A stretch of DNA of 64,000 nucleotides from Eledone cirrhosa. Its lineage: Eukaryota. The stretch spans positions 62,001 to 126,000 of the forward strand of contig CAXHJY010001155.1 of assembly GCA_964016885.1 (NCBI GenBank). Direction: 5' to 3'. Under the pieces are notes generated by a model. The model saw only the letters and a list, made by a program, of their open reading frames with translations, did not search any database and was not told where the DNA came from. How positions within the stretch are numbered: position 1 is the stretch's first letter; every line of letters starts with the position of its first letter. Shown here piece after piece: positions 26,363-38,795 of the stretch. The position numbers and the translations under genes are program-made.

Positions 26363-26712
26363 ATCATCATCATCATCATTTCATTTTACGTCCGCTTTTT
26401 CCCTGCTTGCAAGGGTGGGACGGGAACTGATTCTGGCTTGATTTCTACAGCTGGATGCCCTTCCTAACACCAACCTCATTTACAGTGAGTGCTGGGTGCT
26501 TTTTTTTTTGCCGTGGCACCTCCATGACCACTTTGCAGTGAAATGATAGAGACCCCAGTCCTATCATCTCATTTCTACAGCTGAGTAAACTGGAGCAATG
26601 TGAAATAAAGTGTCTTGCTCAAGGAAACAACACATCACCCGGTCTGAGAACCAAACTCACAACCTTTCGATTGCAAGGCCAATGCTCTAACCACTAAGCC
26701 ATGTGCCTCCAT
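26363..26712 (-). mobile_element. CORE-type SINE family B
   Basis: Near-identical to 18188-18524. Confidence 0.9.
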
Positions 26713-28284
26713 TATATATATATATATATATATTTAGAGAGAGGGAGGGAAGGGAGCTGTTTTTTAGAATAGGTACATCATATTCATGCATGTTGTACGA
26801 GGCAATTAAAATGTTTAAAATATGGAAAAGCCTCTAGCTGTAAAACACTGACTCAAAAAGTCCCATCCAACCCATGCCAACATTGGAAAATGGACGATAA
26901 TAATAAAGATGATTATGGTGATAATGACGATGACAAAATAATTACACAGCGAGTAATAAGTCAACAGCGAAAAAAAAAAAAAATAGTCAATAATATATAT
27001 TAATTTTACTTTTCCTAGTAAGACTAGTAAGGGGTGGTTGTGTAGAGAATTGTGAAATTAGTCATGCTAAGGTTGGCAGTAAAGAAAGAGAAAAATGTCC
27101 ACTATGTTGTGACAACAATAATATTGCTGCCTTGATAAAGTGGTTGTGAAGAATAGTTAATGGTTTCCTTTAATTCAATATTTAAACTACACTATAGCGG
27201 ATGTTGTCTTTTCCACTGACCCATGTCTTTACAAAGCTATACAGCTTTGACATCACCAAGATAATAGCAGAGGATTTACATGGACAGACACACTCAAGCT
27301 GCTAGAAAGAGCAGCTGATGACAGGCTATCTATATGTTAACTTGCTTAGTGCTGATGCCATGATAAAATGCACTCAGTTGAGTGTTGGGGTGTATGTAAG
27401 TGAGAATGCAAGCTCCTGACCTGACTGGGATGTCACTAGACCCTCTTCAGTATTGACAGTGAAGATCTGTACTACCCTTGCTAGCAGGGAAAGCAGACGG
27501 TAAATGATGACGATGAGACTCACTCAACCGGTTAGAAAGAAAAGCCAATGGTGATGGTAGTAGTTGCAGGAAAGAGAAAGAGAAATGAGGGGAAGAGTGA
27601 GAGAGAGAAAAAGATGGGGGGAGTTTGACTAGGATGAGAGAGAGAGAGAGAGTGAGAGAGAAAGAGAGAGAGATGCCTAATATTAACAGAATATCTGATA
27701 TGATAGGCAGATGATGGAATTGGTTAAAAATGAGAACAAGAGGTAATTAAGATACTTTTGTACCTGCAGTAAATGTAAAAAAGTATCTCAGGCATTTACA
27801 GTAGGTAAGATTCAGGTGTAGTTTTATTGTTTAATGGGCAAGAATTCCATCAAAGGTGGAGGGAAAGATGGCATATTGTATAGTTACATAACTATTGCAT
27901 CATCTGCCAAGATTTTAAGAATCTATTGTGTGGATCAGTGGTTACAGTATCAAATCTGTTTCTTCAAGAAGCTTTATGGTTTGGGTGTTAGGTTCACAAT
28001 CAGGAGGTTGTGGTTTTGATTCACAGGCTGGGTTGTGTGTTGTGTAATAGATGTAATGTAAATCTCCACTATTACAAGCTAGAACCTAAGTAAAATGGAA
28101 TTATGGTAGTGTTGAAACTCAGTACAGCCTGTGTATGAGGGTTCTATAGTAATTCTCAAGAAAAATATAGCATTTTGTTAGGTTGATCTGTGAACATAAT
28201 TAGAGGGGAGGAGATAGATAGATGTCTGCATAGAGAAACAATAACATCAGTAAATGATTGTGGTATCTTCATGATATTATTTAA

Positions 28285-28500
28285 TATTGGATTGGCAGTA
28301 TCAGTAGAGCATTGGACACCATTCTTCATGGCAGAGTGTTACGGCTCTTTACGTTCTGAATTCAAATCCCGCCAAAGTTAGCTTTGTCTATCATCCTTAG
28401 GCGGTCGATAAAATAAAACACCAGTAATGCACTGAGGTTGATTTAATTGACTTTCCTCTCCCCTTCAAATTGATGGCATTGTGTCTAATGTATAAATAAT
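28285..28500 (+). mobile_element. SINE family A, diverged
   Basis: TTGGCAGTATCAG, TTCAAATCCCGCC, CATCCTTAGGCGGTCGATAAAATAAA. Confidence 0.75.
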
Positions 28501-29908
28501 TATTTGATATATGAAATTATTAATAAAAGGAATTATTTAATCCAATAAGTTAATAAAGATTAAGCAGCCCATCTAGTGTGTCATCTAGAGTGTATTGAAG
28601 AAAATCATGGATGGATATCCACAGAAACAGAAAAAGAAATTATGTGAGTACTTTAATATGGGAGCTCTATTACAGCAAAACTTAAATGAAGTTAATTGAC
28701 ATTTAATGTTTATAGTTCAAATAACAAAATTTTGAGCACAAGTGGAGGGAGGTTGTGCTGGAAAAGACCCATCTAACTGATGCAAGCATGGACAAAAATG
28801 GATGTAAAATGGATGATGATGGTGAATAAATAAATTTAATCAATCCTACATACCATCCGATAATATTCTATTTTCTTTATGGTGAAAAATAAAGACCAAA
28901 ATTTCATTTTCTCATGAATTAGAAAAAAATATTTTTATTCCAAGAACTGTATTATTATTTAAATTCGTATGTTTATACACTTTTTAAATTAGAAAAAGAT
29001 AATGAGGTATTTACATGAATCTTGATTAGTCTTATTAAGTAAACATAGAAAAAATCCATTTTTTTTTTTAATGTCAAATGATTTATTGTTAAAAGCTTTC
29101 CAGAAAAATTTCATTTGATGTCATTTTAGCTGTGGTTTATTGCTTTTTTTATTCAGTTGAATTCAAGTTCAAATCTAACTTATCTTCCAGAATATTTTGA
29201 ATTCAGTTAATCTCGAGTTCAAATCTAACTGTTATCTTCAAAAAAAATCTTTTTTTTACTTTTACATTAGTTATTTATTTAAAATTGGAATACCATGAAA
29301 TCATAGATACAAATATATAATTAAAAATAAAAGAAATCGCACAGATAACACTCAAACACACATAAGAAAAATAAACAACAAAAAAAGATGACTGAAGATG
29401 ATGGCCTTTGGGATATAATTGCTAATCAGTGATAGATAAATCCAAATCAAATGTTTTTTTCTTTCCTCTAAAAAAATTGATTACAGTTTTCTTTTTTTTA
29501 AATTAAAAACCTATACTTTTACAGAGTAGAAAGTAAAGTAAATTAAAAAAATGAGGCAAAACTACAATTTAATAAAAAAATTTCCTAAATAAAGACATTA
29601 AGCCAGTTATTTTCATAGAAATAATTTGCTATTTTCCTAGAAGACAAAATGCAATATTAGAAAAGTACCAAGGGAGCTAAAAGTAAATCCATTATCTTCA
29701 TTAAAAAAATCAAATGCATTAAATTTCTTGCCGAAAAGACTAAAGAAACATTTGAAAAGTTAAGTGCAAAAATTAGGCTTTGCAATTGGGTATATTTTCA
29801 TTTTCCAGTTTAGTGTGTGTGTATTCATACTGAAACACTGAACATCATATATATAAGCACAAACATATATCTTATTTTCTTATCTATGCTGGCTGCCAGA
29901 TTACCAAC

Positions 29909-29951
<43 letters not shown>

Positions 29952-30361
29952 GGAAAGTGATATATGTAATAAGACTAAACAATGCAAAATGGATGGTAAG
30001 ATGAAGGCAACAAAAAGTTAGTGGCCTGGTATTTTTTTTTTTTGGCTTCTTTCTTTCTTCCTAATATTTCGGGACTTAAAATTCCCTTCCTCAGAGTATA
30101 AGGAACTCTCATATTCCACATTATATTATATACATATATATATATAAGTACTATATATAGAGAGACAGAGAAAAGTAGTTCCACAACAGTTAATTCACCA
30201 TTTCCGAGAACAATTTGTTTCACCTTAGACAGATCATCAGCTCATTTTAAATGAGATTATACGAAAGTCTCATGAACTGAGTGCTCTACTACTACTACGG
30301 ATATATCTTACCAGTGTTCCACTATATATATATATATGCTAGTGTGTGTGTGTATGGGGGG

Positions 30362-30690
30362 GAGGGCATATGGCTCCATGGTTAGAAAGTTGTATACTCA
30401 AACATTAAGTTGTGAGTTTGATTCCTGAACCAGACAATAGATTGTGTCTTGTACAAGACACTTTATTTCACATTGCTCCATGTCACCTAGCTGTAGAAAT
30501 GAGTTGCAACATCACTGGTTTCAAGCTTTATTAGCCTTTGCCTCTCCCTTGGACAACATCGGTGGCATAGGAGGCTGGTATGCATGGCTGACTGCTGGTC
30601 TTACACAAAAATATCTTGCCTGGGCCTGTGGGTCAGAGAACTTTCTAGGTACAAATCCCATGATCATTTGTGACTGGGTATTTACCCTTT
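30362..30690 (+). mobile_element. Older CORE-type SINE with a different 3' half
   Basis: tRNA-like head plus CAAGACACTTTATTTCACATTGCTCCA..AGCTGTAGAAATGAG, then an unrelated tail. Confidence 0.6.
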
Positions 30691-30734
30691 ACATATATGG
30701 TGGTGATGATCATGATGATGGTATATATATTTTT

Positions 30735-31064
30735 TTCATTTTACGTCCGCTTTTTTCCCTGCTTGCAAGGGAGGGACGGGAACTGATGCTGGCTTGATTT
30801 CTACAGCTGGATGCTCTTCCTAACATCAACCTCATTTACAGTGAGTGCTGGGTGCTTTTTTGCCGTGGCACCTCCAAGACCACTTTGCAGTGGAATTATA
30901 CAGACCCCAGTCCCTATCATCTCATTTCTACAGCTGAGTAAACTGGAGCAATGTGAAATAAAGTGTCTTGCTCAAGGAAACAACACATCACCCGGTCTGA
31001 GAATTGAACTCACAACCTTTCGATAGCAAGGCCAATGCTCTAACCATTAAGCCATGTGCCTCCA
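30735..31064 (-). mobile_element. CORE-type SINE family B
   Basis: Near-identical to the other family B copies. Confidence 0.9.
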
Positions 31065-31258
31065 TATATATATATATATATGCACACACAGATATATAAT
31101 AAACTTATAAAAAGAAGGATGACAATAGAAAGCTAAAAGGAAGAAGCACAAGTGAGATACTCATACAAAGCCACTGCAAATAGATATCAAATATAAACAC
31201 ATCTAAATATACATTAATGATACACATATATCAAATACATATATACATAAATAAATAC

Positions 31259-31289
<31 letters not shown>

Positions 31290-32042
31290 AATATATGTAA
31301 AATATATACATATAAGTACAAATATATATGAAATATATGCATAAATTCCTTTATATTTCTTTCATGAGAGATTGCCATTTCTTTTATTTCAGTATCAGTT
31401 CCTTGTTCCGAGCATATTTTTGACAAGGAATCTGTATCAGTTCATTTTCTATTATGCCATTATTTGTTGTTATTCTTTTCTTATCTTTTGTCTCAATGAG
31501 TCATCAAGAAGAGAACATTCCATTTATTGGTTTCTCAAGTGTGTTCTATCTCTAATAACATCTACTGTTAGATGACAGCTGAACTGAAGATATACCTGCT
31601 AATTAACCCTTTCAATACCCAACTGCCAGCCTGAAACCATCGTGGTTTCTATGATATAAAACTGTTTGTTTATATTCCGCTGAAGAACCCCCACTCCTCA
31701 TAGTTTTATATAAGATCCTTTCTTAAGTTATTTTTCAAATCCAGCAAAATATTGCAATGATGATGATACATATGCGTGTGTAGACAACTCTTAACAGTGC
31801 CATTTATTTATGACTCATAATTTAATGGTTCAACAAATAAAGATCAATAGAATATAAACCAAGCTTAATAATATGTCCGAGGGTTGAGCAAAGACACAAT
31901 CAACTAAAACTCTCGCAAGATAGTGTACCAGCATCACTGAATAAGTAAAAGGGTAAATGAATAATTTATATATATATCGAGAGCAGACTTTGGTGGTGAC
32001 TTTGGTTGACCTGTTTTCTTCAGATTTACTGAACTTTCTGCA

Positions 32043-32114
<72 letters not shown>

Positions 32115-32116
<2 letters not shown>

Positions 32117-32546
32117 GATATACTAAATTCTCTATATTTATCTCCAAATTACTTATTTGTCGAGCAAACCTGCCAAAACCACTACTAATTTTTTGGTGTG
32201 TTAGTAGGCTTCTCTCATCTTACCATCCCACTCCTACCCTCTGTGTCACGTGATTGATTCTTTAGAATCTGCCATTTGACCAGTGACAGCGAGATTTTCA
32301 GTACATGGAATCCAGTCCCCGCTAGCTGTTCCATTTACGGAATTATTATTATTTTTATATGAGTCCCCAGTGTCCGCGCATTGCCTGGAGACTAAGCTGA
32401 GAATTGACTCCCTGATGACGCAATGAATTCTCGACAGTTTATTACGTAACTGTCTTTATCCCATTGCAGAAACTAATTAGTTGGAGTGAAAATTTTAGTA
32501 AGTAAGTTAATTTAAAAAAATTTTTTTTTAATTTTCTTATTTTACG

Positions 32547-32550
<4 letters not shown>
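32115..32550 (+). mobile_element. Non-coding HHR-bearing element (retrozyme/pseudo-LTR-like), diverged relative of the 33.3-34.3 kb element
   Basis: Shares blocks TATCTCCAAATT, TGTCACGTG, CCAGTGTCC..TTGCCTGGA and the terminus TTTTCTTATTTTACGTCT; flanked by (TA)n. Confidence 0.75.
32407..32487 (+). ncRNA. Type I hammerhead ribozyme with extended stem II
   Basis: ACUCC-CUGAUGA-C-GCAAUG..GACAGUU/AACUGUC..CAUUGC-A-GAAA-CUAAUUAG-UU-GGAGU. Confidence 0.8.
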
Positions 32551-32617
<67 letters not shown>

Positions 32618-32671
32618 TATATATTTATATATATATATATATATATACATATACACACACACCCACATATA

Positions 32672-32765
<94 letters not shown>

Positions 32766-32951
32766 TATATATACACACACACACATATCATCATCATCAT
32801 CATTTTACGTCCACTTTTCCCTGCTTGCAAGGGTGGGACGGGAACTGATTCTGGCTTGATTTCTACAGCTGGATGCCCTTATATATATATATATATAAAA
32901 TTATGATGATGATGATGATGGTGTATATATATATATATATATATATGTGTG

Positions 32952-33003
<52 letters not shown>

Positions 33004-33101
33004 CACACACATATATCTCTATATATATGTATATATATACATACACACATATATATATATATATAGCTGTATATATATATATATATATATGTGTGTGTAT
33101 G

Positions 33102-33133
<32 letters not shown>

Positions 33134-33239
33134 TATACAGTTATATATATATATATGTGTGTGTATGTATATATACATATATATATATATATAGATATAT
33201 GTGTGTGTATGTATATATATATATATATATATGTGTGTG

Positions 33240-33331
<92 letters not shown>

Positions 33332-33379
33332 AGACGTAAAATAAGAAAATTATAAAATTAACTTACTTACTAAAATATC

Positions 33380-33462
33380 ACTTCCAACTAATTAGTTTCT
33401 GGAATGGAGAAAATATATTTTCCGAAGAATAATATATAGAAGCATTCCGTCGTCAGGAAAGT
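33380..33462 (-). ncRNA. Type I hammerhead ribozyme with extended stem II
   Basis: Reverse complement of 34001-34083 with one difference, in the stem II internal loop. Confidence 0.8.
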
Positions 33463-34000
33463 CTATTCTCATGTAAGTTTCCAGGCAAAGCGAGGACACT
33501 GGAAACTTATTAAAAAATAATTCAGTGGATAGGAAATAGCGAAGCGTGGACTGAATTCCAAGCCATTGAGAAAATCACTGCCTCTACGTCTGTGGCAAAT
33601 TCAAAAAGAATCGAACACGTGACATCGAGGTCAATGAGTGGAAAGTGGTTTGCTAATAAGACAGCGGCCTGCCTACAACCGTAGTAGCAGTCATGACCAA
33701 TATTGCGCGACAAATAATTTGGAGATAATAATAAAGAATTCATATCTAGTAACATATATATACATACAGATGCATATCAATGCTAGCAAATATATAGGTT
33801 TTGTCTTAATAACAGTGTGGTTCAATGCATGGGGTTGCAGAACAATAATATAAGAGACGTAAAATAAGAAAATTATAAAATTAACTTACTTACTAAAATA
33901 TCACTTCCAACTAATTAGTTTCTGGAATTCCTATCCACTGAATTATTTTTTAATAAGTTTCCAGTGTCCTCGCTTTGCCTGGAAACTTACATGAGAATAG

Positions 34001-34083
34001 ACTTTCCTGACGACGGAATGCTTCTTTATATTATTCTTCGGAAAATATATTTTCTCCATTCCAGAAACTAATTAGTTGGAAGT
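34001..34083 (+). ncRNA. Type I hammerhead ribozyme with extended stem II capped by cUUCGg
   Basis: ACUUUC-CUGACGA-C-GGAAUG..UAUAUU.UUC UUCG GAA AAUAUA..CAUUCC-A-GAAA-CUAAUUAG-UU-GGAAGU. Confidence 0.8.
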
Positions 34084-34251
34084 GATATTTTAGTAAGTAA
34101 GTTAATTTTATAATTTTCTTATTTTACGTCTCTTATATTATTGTTCTGCAACCCCATGCATTGAACCACACTGTTATTAAGACAAAACCTATATATTTGC
34201 TAGCATTGATATGCATCTGTATGATATATATGTTACTAGATATGAATTCTT

Positions 34252-34310
<59 letters not shown>

Positions 34311-34353
34311 TATACATACACACACATATATCTATATAAATATATATGTATAT

Positions 34354-34387
<34 letters not shown>

Positions 34388-35925
34388 TGGAAAATGTGTG
34401 TAATCCTTGGTACAGTTAGGTATATTAAGACAAGAGGAAGAAAAAACTGGCTTCACTTGTGCTTTCAACAAATTTATTTTCTTCACAAAATCCAAAAAGA
34501 ATTTTTTTCCGGATTAGAAAAAAAAAAAATTTTTTTTTTCTTAATAAAAATTTATTTTATAAATTAAGTTGTTGGTTGTTGGTAGTTGGGAATATAATTT
34601 TGCCTCTAAGTGACCCATAACGAGCGTAGGTCCGTTATGATATTTTCCCCTTCTTTAATGATGAGGATATCTAGAAAGGGCAGTTCCTTTTCGTTACATT
34701 CCATAGTGAATTGTATAGCTTCATGAAGCCTGTTTAAGTTTGTCTGTTTGGCTTCGGCGAAGTCGTATGTAGGGGCCACTTTGGTACCCATGGCTGTTCC
34801 TTTTATTTGTAGATAAAGTTCGTTGTCAAAGAGGAAGTGGTTGTTTTCCAATACTAATTTAAGTCCTTCCAAGATGAATTCTTTGGGGAATCTTTCTGAA
34901 ATGTGACTTGAGTGTTTTGTAATCCAGAAGTCCACAGCTTCAATCCCTAGGTCGTATGGGATGTTAGTGTACAGGCTTATTACATCAAAACTGACTAGGA
35001 TTGTATCCTGGTGTACTTTTTGGGGGATATAGTTAAGGAATTCCATATCATCTCTGATGTAGCTTGGAACTTTTTTTACATAGGGGTTTGAGTATGATGT
35101 CTAATAGGTTGCTTAGACGTTGTGTGCTTGAGGCTGGGCCAGCAATAATGGGGCGTAATTTTAAGTCTGTCGGTTTTGGTGCTTCGATGTATGATGTATT
35201 TTTTCCCTTTTATGTTGTTTTGGTTTTCTATGTATTTGTGAATTTTTGGTAATCCATAGAAATTGCTGGTTTTCATTTCGAAGTTGGTTAGGTAATCTAC
35301 TTCTTTTGGTGTTAAGTTGTTTTGGTACTTTGTTGTTAGTTTGCCTATTTGGTTCCTGGATTTCCTTTCTTCGTTTTTAGTGATTTTTCTGTAGAAGTTT
35401 TCGTCATTCAAGTGTGCTAGAACCATATCTTTGTAGTGGTTTGTGTCCATGATGACGATTGCGCCACCTTTGTCCGCTTCTTTTATTATTATTGAGGAAT
35501 CCCTTTGTAGCTTGTTCAATGCTAGTAGTTGGTCTGTAGGGATGTTGCGTTTGTGTTTCGTCTCGGCCGTATTTGTACGTGCTGATCGGCGAAGGCAGGT
35601 TATGTACTCCTCCAGGTATTTATCTCTATTTAGCGGGGGTGTGAAGTTCTTTTTGTTTTTCACCAGTGATTCTTCCTCGTATTGTACACCCTGGAAGAAT
35701 TCTCCTAAGCGTAATTTTCGACAGTATTCTTCTGTGTCTTTTATAACATCGGCTGTATCTGCTTTCGGAGTGGTAGTCAACTTCAGTCAATTTTCTAACA
35801 GTTGTATTTCTGGTTGTGTTAATTTCTTGGCTGATATATTGATTATTTTTGGTTCGATTGGTTCTTTCTCGTCAGGTGCCACTTGAAAGGTGGTGCTTTA
35901 TTCTTTTTTTCTTTCATTTGGTGCG
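34388..35925 (-). mobile_element. Penelope-like retroelement, internally deleted RT pseudogene plus 3' end
   Basis: IIIKEADKGGAIVIMD, FYGLPKIHK, SFDVISLYTNIP, QIKGTAMGTKVAPTY and LPFLDILI present; frameshifts; YxDD motif and GIY-YIG domain missing. Confidence 0.9.
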
Positions 35926-35935
35926 ATATATATAT

Positions 35936-35982
<47 letters not shown>

Positions 35983-36223
35983 CACACATATATATATATA
36001 TATATATACATATCTATATATATGTATATATAAATACACACACATATATCTATATATATATATATATGTATATATACATACACACACATATATCTATCTA
36101 TATATATATATATATATACATACACACACATATATCTATATATATATATATATATACATACACACACATATATATATATATATATATAGACATACACACA
36201 CATATATATATATATATATACAT

Positions 36224-36276
<53 letters not shown>

Positions 36277-36460
36277 CACACATATATATATATATATACA
36301 TATCTATATATATGTATATATAAATACACACACATATATCTATATATATATATATGTATATATACATACACACACATATATCTATATATATATATATATA
36401 TATATACATACACACACATATATCTATATATATAGACATACACACACACATATATATATA

Positions 36461-36692
36461 TATGGAAGGAAGGATCGATCGACTTTCGTCAAATCGGGCC
36501 GAGGAAACAATGTTTTCGTCGGTCTTTCCAGGTGCTAGTACTATCTATCGGTCGCAACTCCAGGTAGAAGGAGCAACGTGAAATAAAGTGTCTTGCTCAA
36601 GGACATAACGCATCGCCCGGTCCAGGAATCGAACTCACAATCTCAAGATTGTGAATCCAATTCTCTTACCACTCAGCCACACGCCTTCACAC
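36461..36692 (-). mobile_element. CORE-type SINE, related subfamily with a different tail
   Basis: Minus: GGCGTGTGGCTGAGTGGTAAG..GTTCGATTCC..CCTTGAGCAAGACACTTTATTTCACGTTGCTCC. Confidence 0.75.
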
Positions 36693-36788
36693 GCCTATAT
36701 ATATATATATATATATATATACATACACACGCCTATATCTATATATATATATATACATACACACACACACATATATATATAGACATAA

Positions 36789-36819
<31 letters not shown>

Positions 36820-36822
36820 CAT

Positions 36823-36883
<61 letters not shown>

Positions 36884-36924
36884 TACACACATATATATAT
36901 ATATATATATATACATACATATAT

Positions 36925-37176
36925 ATCATCATCATCATCATCGTTTAACGTCCGTGTTCCACGCTTGCATGGGTTTGGACGGGGGTTTTCCCACTTGAGG
37001 CAAGAGTGATTGTCTTGCTCGCATAGTACTGTCTGGCGGGTTTTCCACAGTTGGATGCCCTTCCTAACACCAACCACATTTACAGTGTGGGGCTGGGAGG
37101 TTTTTACCGTGTTGCCTACACAGCCACATTACAGCGTGGACTGTCTGGCGGGTTTTCTACAGCTGGATGCCCTTCC
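36925..37176 (-). mobile_element. RTE family 2 3' UTR fragment with internal duplication
   Basis: Matches 14899-15110; CTGTCTGGCGGGTTTT..GGATGCCCTTCCTA occurs twice. Confidence 0.85.
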
Positions 37177-37185
37177 TATACACAT

Positions 37186-37244
<59 letters not shown>

Positions 37245-37248
37245 CACA

Positions 37249-37298
<50 letters not shown>

Positions 37299-37342
37299 GA
37301 CATATATATATATATATACATACATACACACACACTCATATA

Positions 37343-37802
37343 TCATCATCATCAACGTTTAACGTCCGTGTTCCACACTTGCATGGGTTTGGACGGGGGT
37401 TTTCCCACTTGAGGCAAGAGTGATTGTCTTGCTCGCATAGGACTGTCTGGCGGGTTTTCTACAGCTGGATGCCCTTCCTAACACCAACCACATTTACAGT
37501 ATGGGGCTGGGAGGTTTTTACCGTGTTGCCTACACGGCCACATTACAGCGTGGAGTGTGTGTTTTTTTGTCGTGACACCTACACTATCTCATTTGTTTCG
37601 GCCTGGATGTTGTGGCACCAACATAACTTTACATTGAAAAGGGCAGTGTGGATGGGGTGGGGGTGGTGCGACGGGGTGTATTTTGTTAGAGATGCCTACT
37701 GACTGTAGTAGGATTTACTTTGTATTTAGGTACGGCGGGTCTTCTCTATTACTGAGTACCGCCATAGGTCTCGGTCCAGTGACATTGTCTTGGAGAGGTG
37801 TA
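37343..37802 (-). mobile_element. RTE family 2 3' fragment
   Basis: [24 protein letters not shown] plus UTR and (CAT)n tail. Confidence 0.9.
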
Positions 37803-38251
37803 CACATATATATATATACAGATATACATATATACAGATATATATATATATACAGATATACATATATACAGATATACATATATATATATATATATATATA
37901 CAGATATATATATATATATATATATACAGATATATATATATATACAGATATATATATATACAGATATATAGATATATATACAGATATATATATATATACA
38001 GATATATAGATATATATATATATACAGATATACATATATACATATACAGATATACATATATACAGATATATATATATATATATACAGATATATATATATA
38101 CAGATATATATATATACAGATATATATATATATATACAGACATATATATATACAGATATATATATATATATATATACAGATATATATATATATATACAGA
38201 TATATATATATACAGATATATATATATATACAGATATATATATATATACAT

Positions 38252-38676
38252 ATTGTTATACTTTGGGAGGGTCATGTTGCCAATAAGAAACACACGCAGA
38301 CGCCCGAATGTGGTGCATGCGCAGACTGAGCGCACGACGCGCACGCAGAGAGAGGGTGGCGTGGCATAGAAGGAGGGAGGGGCGCAGAGGCAGGGAGGGG
38401 AGTCCCCAGTCACTGGGGGGGTCGCGGACTGTGTGACGGGGGGACTGTGACTATGTATGTACAACTGTCTGGTTGTGGAGGCGGCCAGCCAACCAGAAAT
38501 TTGTAGGTTTGTAGATTTGTAAATTTATTAATTTAAAAATATGTAATAAATTGAAGTGAAAGCAACTGGTGCGTGTGTTTCTTATTGGCAACATGACCCT
38601 CCCAAAGTATAACAATATCGGTTTCAACACACGATTTCAGATAAAGAATCTTGCTAAACAAATTCAGAAACGAAAT
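38252..38676 (+). mobile_element. PLE pseudo-LTR insertion (short inverted arm ~38252-38297 plus long plus arm) with A-to-G hypermutated segment
   Basis: Same termini as the 19 kb element; ~38298-38520 is collinear with the reverse complement of ~19070-19285 but with many A replaced by G. Confidence 0.85.
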
Positions 38677-38686
38677 AGATATATAC

Positions 38687-38766
<80 letters not shown>

Positions 38767-38795
38767 GGAGGCCCATATATATATATGTATATATA

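Larger units (their letters stand above)
33329..34256. mobile_element. Non-coding HHR element: 523-bp unit (minus), partial tandem repeat, then inverted copy
   Basis: GAGACGTAAAATAAG at 33331 and 33854 (period 523). 33928-34256 is the reverse complement of 33329-33535 joined to 33730-33850. Confidence 0.85.

Noticed and set aside
38298-38520. CpG island, G-quadruplex promoter, or APOBEC G-to-A editing of the siblings as explanation of the G-rich patch
   Set aside because: The patch is collinear with A-rich siblings whose A residues form the conserved ribozyme core, so the change is A-to-G in this copy.
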